Under the pieces are notes generated by a model. It had not been told where the DNA came from. It saw only the letters and a program-made list of their open reading frames with translations, and did no database searches. From Auanema rhodensis (taxonomy: Eukaryota; Animalia; Nematoda), in NCBI GenBank assembly GCA_964057225.1, contig OZ059900.1, positions 20,894,001-20,958,000 of the forward strand: a stretch of DNA of 64,000 nt, given 5' to 3'. Positions 1-12,200 of the stretch are shown here, piece by piece. A program made the position numbers and the translations under genes. Within the stretch, counting starts at the first letter, position 1. Every line of letters begins with the position of its first letter.

Positions 1-215
1 TTCCTTAATTTTCTAACCCCTGTTTTTTTTGTCGTGAAAGTGGAACTAGACGTTGTAGGAACAATTTTGAGCTAGGTTTCATTGACATTGCATGAGTTTG
101 AACACATGAAATCGTAAGTCAAAACCTTGTTTACAGCGAAATTTCCAAAAACTGGTTTTCCAGCATAATAAAATATTTCTCATGGGAAATACTGTGTTTT
201 TGTATTTTTATAGTG

Positions 216-258
216 TTCAGCATGTAAAATGCTTCATTTTAGTATGTAACACGCTGAA
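216..258. other. Nested inverted repeat, present in each monomer
   Basis: TTCAGC(216-221)/GCTGAA(253-258) encloses TAAAATG(225-231)/CATTTTA(235-241). Confidence 0.7.
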
Positions 259-306
259 ATTAATTGCATTTGACGACTCATATGAACAAAAATCGATTTA
301 ATCAAT

Positions 307-343
307 ATTAGCCATAAGGGGCGTGCCCTCAGATTATGCTAAT
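307..343. other. Imperfect hairpin with GC-rich core, present in each monomer
   Basis: ATTAG(307-311)/CTAAT(339-343), CATA(313-316)/TATG(335-338) and core GGGC-GT-GCCC (319-328). Confidence 0.7.
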
Positions 344-1369
344 TTCCTTAATTTTCTAACCCCTGTTTTGTTGTCGTGAAAGTGGAACTAGACGTTGTAG
401 GAACAATTTTGAGCTAGGTTTCATTGACATTGCATGAGTTTGAACACATGAAATCGTAAGTCAAAACCTTGTTTACAGCGAAATTTCCAAAAACTGGTTT
501 TCCAGCATAATAAAATATTTCTCATGGGAAATACTGTGTTTTTGTATTTTTATAGTGTTCAGCATGTAAAATGTTTCATTTTAGTATGTAACACGCTGAA
601 ATTCGTTGCATTTGACGACTCATATGAACAAAAATCGATTTAATCAATATAAGCCATAAAGGGCGTGCCCTCAGAATCTGCTAATTTCCTTAATTTTCTA
701 ACCCCTGTTTTTTTGTCGTGAAAGTGGAACTAGACGTTGTAGGAACAATTTTGAGCTAGATTTCATTGACATTGCATGAGTTTGAACACATGAAATCGTA
801 AGTCAAAACCTTGTTTACAGCGAAATTTCCAAAAACTCGTTTTCCAGCATAATAAAATACTTCTCATGGGAAATACTGTGTTTTTGTATTTTTTTAGTGT
901 TCAGCATGTAAAATGCTTCATTTTAGTATGTGACACGCTGAAATTAATTGCATTTGACGACTCATATGAACAAAAATCGATTTAATCAATATTAGCCATA
1001 AGGGGCGTGCCCTCAGATTATGCTAATTTCCTCAATTTTCTAACCCCTGTTTTTTTGTCGTGAAAGTGGAACTAGACGTTGTACGAACAATTTTGAGCTA
1101 GGTTTCATTGACATTGCATGAGTTTGAACACATGAAATCCTAAGTCAAAACCTTGTTTACAGCGAAATTTCCAAAAACTGGTTTTCCAGCATAATAAAAT
1201 ATTTCTCATGGGAAATACTGTGTTTTTGTATTTTTCTAGTGTTCAGCATGTGAAATGCTTCATTTTAGTATGTAACACGCTGAAATTCGTTGCATTTGAC
1301 GACTCATATGAACAAAAATCGATTTAATCAATATTAGCCATAAGGGGCGTGCCCTCAGAATATGCTAAT

Positions 1370-1711
1370 TTCCTTAATTTTCTAACCCCTGTTTTTTTGT
1401 CGTGAAAGTGGAACTAGACGTTGTAGGAACAATTTTGAGCTAGGTTTCATTGACATTGCATGAGTTTGAACACATGAAATCGTAAGTCAAAACCTTGTTT
1501 ACAGCGAAATTTCCAAAAACTGGTTTTCCAGCATAATAAAATATTTCTCATGGGAAATACTGTGTTTTTGTATTTTTCTAGTGTTCAGCATGTAAAATGC
1601 TTCATTTTAGTATGTAACACGCTGAAATTCGTTGCATTTGACGACTCATATGAACAAAAATCGATTTAATCAATATTAGCCATAAGGGGCGTGCCCTCAG
1701 AATATGCTAAT
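1370..1711 (+). repeat. Representative consensus monomer (342 bp)
   Basis: Carries the majority base at every variable site I tracked. Other consensus-type copies start at 25654, 30442, 45147, 58486 and 59854. Confidence 0.9.
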
Positions 1712-2396
1712 TTCCTTAATTTTCTAACCCCTGTTTTTTTTGTCGTGAAAGTGGAACTAGACGTTGTAGGAACAATTTTGAGCTAGGTTTCATTGACATT
1801 GCATGAGTTTGAACACATGAAATCGTAAGTCAAAACCTTGTTTACAGCGAAATTTCCAAAAACTGGTTTTCCAGCATAATAAAATATTTCTCATGGGAAA
1901 TACTGTGTTTTTGTATTTTTATAGTGTTCAGCATGTAAAATGCTTCATTTTAGTATGTAACACGCTGAAATTAATTGCATTTGACGACTCATATGAACAA
2001 AAATCGATTTAATCAATATTAGCCATAAGGGGCGTGCCCTCAGATTATGCTAATTTCCTTAATTTTCTAACCCCTGTTTTGTTGTCGTGAAAGTGGAACT
2101 AGACGTTGTAGGAACAATTTTGAGCTAGGTTTCATTGACATTGCATGAGTTTGAACACATGAAATCGTAAGTCAAAACCTTGTTTACAGCGAAATTTCCA
2201 AAAACTGGTTTTCCAGCATAATAAAATATTTCTCATGGGAAATACTGTGTTTTTGTATTTTTATAGTGTTCAGCATGTAAAATGTTTCATTTTAGTATGT
2301 AACACGCTGAAATTCGTTGCATTTGACGACTCATATGAACAAAAATCGATTTAATCAATATAAGCCATAAAGGGCGTGCCCTCAGAATCTGCTAAT

Positions 2397-4448
2397 TTCC
2401 TTAATTTTCTAACCCCTGTTTTTTTGTCGTGAAAGTGGAACTAGACGTTGTAGGAACAATTTTGAGCTAGATTTCATTGACATTGCATGAGTTTGAACAC
2501 ATGAAATCGTAAGTCAAAACCTTGTTTACAGCGAAATTTCCAAAAACTCGTTTTCCAGCATAATAAAATACTTCTCATGGGAAATACTGTGTTTTTGTAT
2601 TTTTTTAGTGTTCAGCATGTAAAATGCTTCATTTTAGTATGTGACACGCTGAAATTAATTGCATTTGACGACTCATATGAACAAAAATCGATTTAATCAA
2701 TATTAGCCATAAGGGGCGTGCCCTCAGATTATGCTAATTTCCTCAATTTTCTAACCCCTGTTTTTTTGTCGTGAAAGTGGAACTAGACGTTGTACGAACA
2801 ATTTTGAGCTAGGTTTCATTGACATTGCATGAGTTTGAACACATGAAATCGTAAGTCAAAACCTTGTTTACAGCGAAATTTCCAAAAACTGGTTTTCCAG
2901 CATAATAAAATATTTCTCATGGGAAATACTGTGTTTTTGTATTTTTCTAGTGTTCAGCATGTGAAATGCTTCATTTTAGTATGTAACACGCTGAAATTCG
3001 TTGCATTTGACGACTCATATGAACAAAAATCGATTTAATCAATATTAGCCATAAGGGGCGTGCCCTCAGAATATGCTAATTTCCTTAATTTTCTAACCCC
3101 TGTTTTGTTGTCGTGAAAGTGGAACTAGACGTTGTAGGAACAATTTTGAGCTAGGTTTCATTGACATTGCATGAGTTTGAACACATGAAATCGTAAGTCA
3201 AAACCTTGTTTACAGCGAAATTTCCAAAAACTGGTTTTCCAGCATAATAAAATATTTCTCATGGGAAATACTGTGTTTTTGTATTTTTCTAGTGTTCAGC
3301 ATGTAAAATGCTTCATTTTAGTATGTAACACGCTGAAATTCGTTGCATTTGACGACTCATATGAACAAAAATCGATTTAATCAATATAAGCCATAAAGGG
3401 CGTGCCCTCAGAATCTGCTAATTTCCTTAATTTTCTAACCCCTGTTTTTTTGTCGTGAAAGTGGAACTAGACGTTGTAGGAACAATTTTGAGCTAGATTT
3501 CATTGACATTGCATGAGTTTGAACACATGAAATCGTAAGTCAAAACCTTGTTTACAGCGAAATTTCCAAAAACTCGTTTTCCAGCATAATAAAATACTTC
3601 TCATGGGAAATACTGTGTTTTTGTATTTTTTTAGTGTTCAGCATGTAAAATGCTTCATTTTAGTATGTGACACGCTGAAATTAATTGCATTTGACGACTC
3701 ATATGAACAAAAATCGATTTAATCAATATTAGCCATAAGGGGCGTGCCCTCAGATTATGCTAATTTCCTCAATTTTCTAACCCCTGTTTTTTTGTCGTGA
3801 AAGTGGAACTAGACGTTGTACGAACAATTTTGAGCTAGGTTTCATTGACATTGCATGAGTTTGAACACATGAAATCGTAAGTCAAAACCTTGTTTACAGC
3901 GAAATTTCCAAAAACTGGTTTTCCAGCATAATAAAATATTTCTCATGGGAAATACTGTGTTTTTGTATTTTTCTAGTGTTCAGCATGTGAAATGCTTCAT
4001 TTTAGTATGTAACACGCTGAAATTCGTTGCATTTGACGACTCATATGAACAAAAATCGATTTAATCAATATTAGCCATAAGGGGCGTGCCCTCAGAATAT
4101 GCTAATTTCCTTAATTTTCTAACCCCTGTTTTGTTGTCGTGAAAGTGGAACTAGACGTTGTAGGAACAATTTTGAGCTAGGTTTCATTGACATTGCATGA
4201 GTTTGAACACATGAAATCGTAAGTCAAAACCTTGTTTACAGCGAAATTTCCAAAAACTGGTTTTCCAGCATAATAAAATATTTCTCATGGGAAATACTGT
4301 GTTTTTGTATTTTTCTAGTGTTCAGCATGTAAAATGCTTCATTTTAGTATGTAACACGCTGAAATTCGTTGCATTTGACGACTCATATGAACAAAAATCG
4401 ATTTAATCAATATTAGCCATAAGGGGCGTGCCCTCAGAATATGCTAAT
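2397..4448 (+). repeat. Local 3-monomer duplication (period 1026 bp) with a chimeric junction monomer at 3081
   Basis: C-D at 2397/2739 repeats at 3423/3765. The monomer at 3081 has a consensus-like middle but the B-type 3' end (ATAAG, TAAAGGG, GAATCTG). Confidence 0.8.
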
Positions 4449-6340
4449 TTCCTTAATTTTCTAACCCCTGTTTTTTTTGTCGTGAAAGTGGAACTAGACG
4501 TTGTACGAACAATTTTGAGCTAGGTTTCATTGACATTGCATGAGTTTGAACACATGAAATCGTAAGTCAAAACCTTGTTTACAGCGAAATTTCCAAAAAC
4601 TGGTTTTCCAGCATAATAAAATATTTCTCATGGGAAATACTGTGTTTTTGTATTTTTCTAGTGTTCAGCATGTGAAATGCTTCATTTTAGTATGTAACAC
4701 GCTGAAATTCGTTGCATTTGACGACTCATATGAACAAAAATCGATTTAATCAATATTAGCCATAAGGGGCGTGCCCTCAGAATATGCTAATTTCCTTAAT
4801 TTTCTAACCCCTGTTTTGTTGTCGTGAAAGTGGAACTAGACGTTGTAGGAACAATTTTGAGCTAGGTTTCATTGACATTGCATGAGTTTGAACACATGAA
4901 ATCGTAAGTCAAAACCTTGTTTACAGCGAAATTTCCAAAAACTGGTTTTCCAGCATAATAAAATATTTCTCATGGGAAATACTGTGTTTTTGTATTTTTC
5001 TAGTGTTCAGCATGTAAAATGCTTCATTTTAGTATGTAACACGCTGAAATTCGTTGCATTTGACGACTCATATGAACAAAAATCGATTTAATCAATATTA
5101 GCCATAAGGGGCGTGCCCTCAGAATATGCTAATTTCCTAAATTTTCTAACCCCTGTTTTTTTGTCGTGAAAGTGGAACTAGACGTTGTAGGAACAATTTT
5201 GAGCTAGGTTTCATTGACATTGCATGAGTTTGAACACATGAAATCGTAAGTCAAAACCTTGTTTACAGCGAAATTTCCAAAAACTGGTTTTCCAGCATAA
5301 TAAAATATTTCTCATGGGAAATACTGTGTTTTTGTATTTTTCTAGTGTTCAGCATGTAAAATGCTTCATTTTAGTATGTAACACGCTGAAATTCGTTGCA
5401 TTTGACGACTCATATGAACAAAAATCGATTTAATCAATATTAGCCATAAGGGGCGTGCCCTCAGAATATGCTAATTTCCTTAATTTTCTAACCCCTGTTT
5501 TTTTTGTCGTGAAAGTGGAACTAGACGTTGTACGAACAATTTTGAGCTAGGTTTCATTGACATTGCATGAGTTTGAACACATGAAATCGTAAGTCAAAAC
5601 CTTGTTTACAGCGAAATTTCCAAAAACTGGTTTTCCAGCATAATAAAATATTTCTCATGGGAAATACTGTGTTTTTGTATTTTTCTAGTGTTCAGCATGT
5701 GAAATGCTTCATTTTAGTATGTAACACGCTGAAATTCGTTGCATTTGACGACTCATATGAACAAAAATCGATTTAATCAATATTAGCCATAAGGGGCGTG
5801 CCCTCAGAATATGCTAATTTCCTTAATTTTCTAACCCCTGTTTTGTTGTCGTGAAAGTGGAACTAGACGTTGTAGGAACAATTTTGAGCTAGGTTTCATT
5901 GACATTGCATGAGTTTGAACACATGAAATCGTAAGTCAAAACCTTGTTTACAGCGAAATTTCCAAAAACTGGTTTTCCAGCATAATAAAATATTTCTCAT
6001 GGGAAATACTGTGTTTTTGTATTTTTCTAGTGTTCAGCATGTAAAATGCTTCATTTTAGTATGTAACACGCTGAAATTCGTTGCATTTGACGACTCATAT
6101 GAACAAAAATCGATTTAATCAATATTAGCCATAAGGGGCGTGCCCTCAGAATATGCTAATTTCCTAAATTTTCTAACCCCTGTTTTTTTGTCGTGAAAGT
6201 GGAACTAGACGTTGTAGGAACAATTTTGAGCTAGGTTTCATTGACATTGCATGAGTTTGAACACATGAAATCGTAAGTCAAAACCTTGTTTACAGCGAAA
6301 TTTCCAAAAACTGGTTTTCCAGCATAATAAAATATTTCTC
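4449..6340 (+). repeat. Local 3-monomer duplication (period 1027 bp)
   Basis: The series T8+TACG+TGTGA, TTTTGTT, CCTAAA occurs at 4449/4792/5134 and again at 5476/5819/6161. Confidence 0.8.
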
Positions 6341-9237
6341 ATGGGAAAAACTGTGTTTTTGTGTTTTTCTAGTGTTCAGCTTGTAAAATGCTTCATTTTA
6401 GTATGTAACACGCTGAAATTTGTTGCATTTGACGACTCATATGAACAAAAATCGATTTAATCAATATTAGCCATAAGGGGCGTGCCCTCAGAATATGCTA
6501 ATTTCCTTAATTTTCTAACCCCTGTTTTTTTGTCGTGAAAGTGGAACTAGACGTTGTACGAACAATTTTGAGCTAGGTTTCATTGACATTGCATGAGTTT
6601 GAACACATGAAATCGTAAGTCAAAACCTTGTTTACAGCGAAATTTCCAAAAACTGGTTTTCCAGCATAATAAAATATTTCTCATGGGAAATACTGTGTTT
6701 TTGTATTTTTCTAGTGTTCAGCATGTAAAATGCTTCATTTTAGTATGTAACACGCTAAAATTCGTTGCATTTGACGACTCATATGAACAAAAATCGATTT
6801 AATCAATATTAGCCATAAGGGGCGTGCCCTCAGAATATGCTAATTTCCTTAATTTTCTAACCCCTGTTTTTTTGTCGTGAAAGTGGAATTAGACGTTGTA
6901 GGAACAATTTTGAGCTAGGTTTCATTGACATTGCATGAGTTTGAGCACATGAAATCGTAAGTCAAAACCTTGTTTACAGCGAAATTTCCAAAAACTGGTT
7001 TTCCAGCATAATAAAATATTTCTCATGGGAAATACTGTGTTTTTGTATTTTTCTAGTGTTCAGCATGTAAAATACTTCATTTTAGTATGTAACACGCTGA
7101 AATTCGTTGCATTTGACGACTCATATGAACAAAAATCGATTTAATCAATATTAGCCATAAGGGGCGTGCCCTCAGAATATGCTAATTTCCTTAATTTTCT
7201 AACCCCTGTTTTTTTGTCGTGAAAGTGGAATTAGACGTTGTAGGAACAATTTTGAGCTAGGTTTCATTGACATTGCATGAGTTTGAACACATGAAATCGT
7301 AAGTCAAAACCTTGTTTACAGCGAAATTTCCAAAAACTGGTTTTCCAGCATAATAAAATATTTCTCATGGGAAATACTGTGTTTTTGTATTTTTCTAGTG
7401 TTCAGCATGTAAAATGCTTCATTTTAGTATGTAACACGCTGAAATTCGTTGCATTTGACGACTCATATGAACAAAAATCGATTTAATCAATATTAGCCAT
7501 AAGGGGCGTGCCCTCAGAATATGCTAATTTCCTTAATTTTCTAACCCCTGTTTTTTGTCGTGAAAGTGGAACTAGACGTTGTAGGAACAATTTTGAGCTA
7601 GGTTTCATTGACATTGCATGAGTTTGAACACATGAAATCGTAAGTCAAAACCTTGTTTACAGCGAAATTTCCAAAAACTGGTTTTCCAGCATAATAAAAT
7701 ATTTCTCATGGGAAATACTGTGTTTTTGTATTTTTCTAGTGTTCAGCATGTAAAATACTTCATTTTAGTATGTAACACGCTGAAATTCGTTGCATTTGAC
7801 GACTCATATGAACAAAAATCGATTTAATCAATATTAGCCATAAGGGGCGTGCCCTCAGAATATGCTAATTTCCTTAATTTTCTAACCCCTGTTTTTTTGT
7901 CGTGAAAGTGGAATTAGACGTTGTACGAACAATTTTGAGCTAGGTTTCATTGACATTGCATGAGTTTGAACACATGAAATCGTAAGTCAAAACCTTGTTT
8001 ACAGCGAACTTTCCAAAAACTGGTTTTCCAGCATAATAAAATATTTCTCATGGGAAATACTGTGTTTTTGTATTTTTATAGTGTTCAGCATGTAAAATGC
8101 TTCATTTTAGTATGTAACACCCTGAAATTCGTTTCATTTGACGACTCATATGAACAAAAATCGATTTAATCAATATTAGCCATAAGGGGCGTGCCCTCAG
8201 AATATGCTAATTTCCTTAATTTTCTAACCCCTGTTTTTTTGTCGTGAAAGTGGAACTAGACGTTGTAGGAACAATTTTGAGCAAGGTTTCATTGACATTG
8301 CATGAGTTTGAACACATGAAATCGTAAGTCAAAACCTTGTTTACAGCGAAATTTCCAAAAACTGGTTTTCCAGCATAATAAAATATTTCTCATGGGAAAT
8401 ACTGTGTTTTTGTATTTTTCTAGTGTTCAGCATGTAAAATACTTCATTTTAGTATGTAACACGCTGAAATTCGTTGCTTTTGACGACTCATATGAACAAA
8501 AATCGATTTAATCAATATTAGCCATAAGGGGCGTGCCCTCAGAATATGCTAATTTCCTAAATTTTCTAACCCCTGTTTTTTTGTCGTGAAAGTGGAACTA
8601 GACGTTGTACGAACAATTTTGAGCTAGGTTTCATTGACATTGCATGAGTTTGAACACATGAAATCGTAAGTCAAAACCTTGTTTACAGCGAAATTTCCAA
8701 AAACTGGTTTTCCAGCATATTAAAATATTTCTCATGGGAAAAACTGTGTTTTTGTATTTTTCTAGTGTTCAGCTTGTAAAATGCTTCATTTTAGTATGTA
8801 ACACGCTGAAATTTGTTGCATTTGACGACTCATATGAACAAAAATCGATTTAATCAATATTAGCCATAAGGGGCGTGCCCTCAGAATATGCTAATTTCCT
8901 TAATTTTCTAACCCCTGTTTTTTTGTCGTGAAAGTGGAACTAGACGTTGTACGAACAATTTTGAGCTAGGTTTCATTGACATTGCATGAGTTTGAACACA
9001 TGAAATCGTAAGTCAAAACCTTGTTTACAGCGAAATTTCCAAAAACTGGTTTTCCAGCATAATAAAATATTTCTCATGGGAAATACTGTGTTTTTGTATT
9101 TTTCTAGTGTTCAGCATGTAAAATGCTTCATTTTAGTATGTAACACGCTGAAATTCGTTGCATTTGACGACTCATATGAACAAAAATCGATTTAATCAAT
9201 ATTAGCCATAAGAGGCGTGCCCTCAGAATATGCTAAT

Positions 9238-12200
9238 TTCCTTAATTTTCTAACCCCTGTTTTTTTGTCGTGAAAGTGGAACTAGACGTTGTAGGAACAA
9301 TTTTGAGCTAGGTTTCATTGACATTGCATGAGTTTGAACACATGAAATCGTAAGTCAAAAACTTGTTTACAGCGAAATTTCCAAAAACTGGTTTTCCAGC
9401 ATAATAAAATATTTCTCATGGGAAATACTGTGTTTTTGTATTTTTCTAGTGTTCAGCATGTGAAATGCTTCATTTTAGTATGTAACACGCTGAAATTCGT
9501 TGCATTTGACGACTCATATGAACAAAAATCGATTTAATCAATATTAGCCATAAGGGGCGTGCCCTCAGAATATGCTAATTTCCTTAATTTTCTAACCCCT
9601 GTTTTTTTGTCGTGAAAGTGGGACTAGACGTTGTAGGAACAATTTTGAGCTAGGTTTCATTGACATTGCATGAGTTTGAACACATGAAATCGTAAGTCAA
9701 AACCTTGTTTACAGCGAAATTTCCAAAAACTGGTTTTCCAGCATAATAAAATATTTCTCATGGGAAATACTGTGTTTTTGTATTTTTCTAGTGTTCAGCA
9801 TGTAAAATGCTTCATTTTAGTATGTAACACGCTGAAATTCGTTGCATTTGACGACTCATATGAACAAAAATCGATTTAATCAATATTAGCCATAAGGGGC
9901 GTGCCCTCAGAATATGCTAATTTCCTTAATTTTCTAACCCCTGTTTTTTTTGTCGTGAAAGTGGAACTAGACGTTGTAGGAACAATTTTGAGCTAGGTTT
10001 CATTGACATTGCATGAGTTTGAACACATGAAATCGTAAGTCAAAACCTTGTTTACAGCGAAATTTCCAAAAACTGGTTTTCCAGCATAATAAAATATTTC
10101 TCATGGGAAATACTGTGTTTTTGTATTTTTATAGTGTTCAGCATGTAAAATGCTTCATTTTAGTATGTAACACGCTGAAATTAATTGCATTTGACGACTC
10201 ATATGAACAAAAATCGATTTAATCAATATTAGCCATAAGGGGCGTGCCCTCAGATTATGCTAATTTCCTTAATTTTCTAACCCCTGTTTTGTTGTCGTGA
10301 AAGTGGAACTAGACGTTGTAGGAACAATTTTGAGCTAGGTTTCATTGACATTGCATGAGTTTGAACACATGAAATCGTAAGTCAAAACCTTGTTTACAGC
10401 GAAATTTCCAAAAACTGGTTTTCCAGCATAATAAAATATTTCTCATGGGAAATACTGTGTTTTTGTATTTTTATAGTGTTCAGCATGTAAAATGTTTCAT
10501 TTTAGTATGTAACACGCTGAAATTCGTTGCATTTGACGACTCATATGAACAAAAATCGATTTAATCAATATAAGCCATAAAGGGCGTGCCCTCAGAATCT
10601 GCTAATTTCCTTAATTTTCTAACCCCTGTTTTTTTGTCGTGAAAGTGGAACTAGACGTTGTAGGAACAATTTTGAGCTAGATTTCATTGACATTGCATGA
10701 GTTTGAACACATGAAATCGTAAGTCAAAACCTTGTTTACAGCGAAATTTCCAAAAACTCGTTTTCCAGCATAATAAAATATTTCTCATGGGAAATACTGT
10801 GTTTTTGTATTTTTTTAGTGTTCAGCATGTAAAATGCTTCATTTTAGTATGTGACACGCTGAAATTAATTGCATTTGACGACTCATATGAACAAAAATCG
10901 ATTTAATCAATATTAGCCATAAGGGGCGTGCCCTCAGATTATGCTAATTTCCTCAATTTTCTAACCCCTGTTTTTTTGTCGTGAAAGTGGAACTAGACGT
11001 TGTACGAACAATTTTGAGCTAGGTTTCATTGACATTGCATGAGTTTGAACACATGAAATCGTAAGTCAAAACCTTGTTTACAGCGAAATTTCCAAAAACT
11101 GGTTTTCCAGCATAATAAAATATTTCTCATGGGAAATACTGTGTTTTTGTATTTTTCTAGTGTTCAGCATGTGAAATGCTTCATTTTAGTATGTAACACG
11201 CTGAAATTCGTTGCATTTGACGACTCATATGAACAAAAATCGATTTAATCAATATTAGCCATAAGGGGCGTGCCCTCAGAATATGCTAATTTCCTTAATT
11301 TTCTAACCCCTGTTTTGTTGTCGTGAAAGTGGAACTAGACGTTGTAGGAACAATTTTGAGCTAGGTTTCATTGACATTGCATGAGTTTGAACACATGAAA
11401 TCGTAAGTCAAAACCTTGTTTACAGCGAAATTTCCAAAAACTGGTTTTCCAGCATAATAAAATATTTCTCATGGGAAATACTGTGTTTTTGTATTTTTCT
11501 AGTGTTCAGCATGTAAAATGCTTCATTTTAGTATGTAACACGCTGAAATTCGTTGCATTTGACGACTCATATGAACAAAAATCGATTTAATCAATATTAG
11601 CCATAAGGGGCGTGCCCTCAGAATATGCTAATTTCCTTAATTTTCTAACCCCTGTTTTTTTTGTCGTGAAAGTGGAACTAGACGTTGTAGGAACAATTTT
11701 GAGCTAGGTTTCATTGACATTGCATGAGTTTGAACACATGAAATCGTAAGTCAAAACCTTGTTTACAGCGAAATTTCCAAAAACTGGTTTTCCAGCATAA
11801 TAAAATATTTCTCATGGGAAATACTGTGTTTTTGTATTTTTATAGTGTTCAGCATGTAAAATGCTTCATTTTAGTATGTAACACGCTGAAATTCGTTGCA
11901 TTTGACGACTCATATGAACAAAAATCGATTTAATCAATATTAGCCATAAGAGGCGTGCCCTCAGAATATGCTAATTTCCTTAATTTTCTAACCCCTGTTT
12001 TTTGTCGTGAAAGTGGAACTAGACGTTGTAGGAACAATTTTGAGCTAGGTTTCATTGACATTGCATGAGTTTGAACACATGAAATCGTAAGTCAAAACCT
12101 TGTTTACAGCGAAATTTCCAAAAACTGGTTTTCCAGCATAATAAAATATTTCTCATGGGAAATACTGTGTTTTTGTATTTTTCTAGTGTTCAGCATGTAA

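Larger units (their letters stand above)
1..3080 (+). repeat. Local 5-monomer duplication (period 1711 bp), monomer types A-B-C-D-E then A-B-C-D
   Basis: Diagnostic variant sets recur in order 1711 bp apart (1/1712, 344/2055, 686/2397, 1028/2739). A: T8, TTAATTG, GATTATG. B: TTTTGTT, ATAAG, GAATCTG. C: AGATTT, ACTCG, TACTTC, GTGAC. D: CCTCAA, TACG, TGTGA. Confidence 0.9.

Noticed and set aside
13-21. Telomere-like CTAACCC
   Set aside because: It is a single unit per monomer, not tandem, and is expected by chance.
250-335. Hammerhead ribozyme as in newt, schistosome or cricket satellites and retrozymes
   Set aside because: There is no CTGANGA core on either strand (closest are CTGAAAT on plus and CTGAGGG on minus) and no correctly placed GAAA after a stem II. 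An Infernal/Rfam scan would settle it.
1-343. Primate alpha-satellite dimer (2 x 171 bp)
   Set aside because: The length fits and short words such as CTCAGAA resemble alphoid DNA. However, the two halves are not clearly homologous and I cannot align the monomer to the alphoid consensus as I know it.
1-343. Tandem 5S rRNA, tRNA, snRNA or spliced-leader gene unit
   Set aside because: I see no recognisable 5S, tRNA cloverleaf, Pol III B-box or SL sequence in the monomer.
317-372. Rho-independent terminator or bacterial promoter (TTGACA at 82-87)
   Set aside because: The T-run is too far from the hairpin, there is no -10 element at the right spacing from TTGACA, and there are no genes. The context is eukaryote-like satellite.
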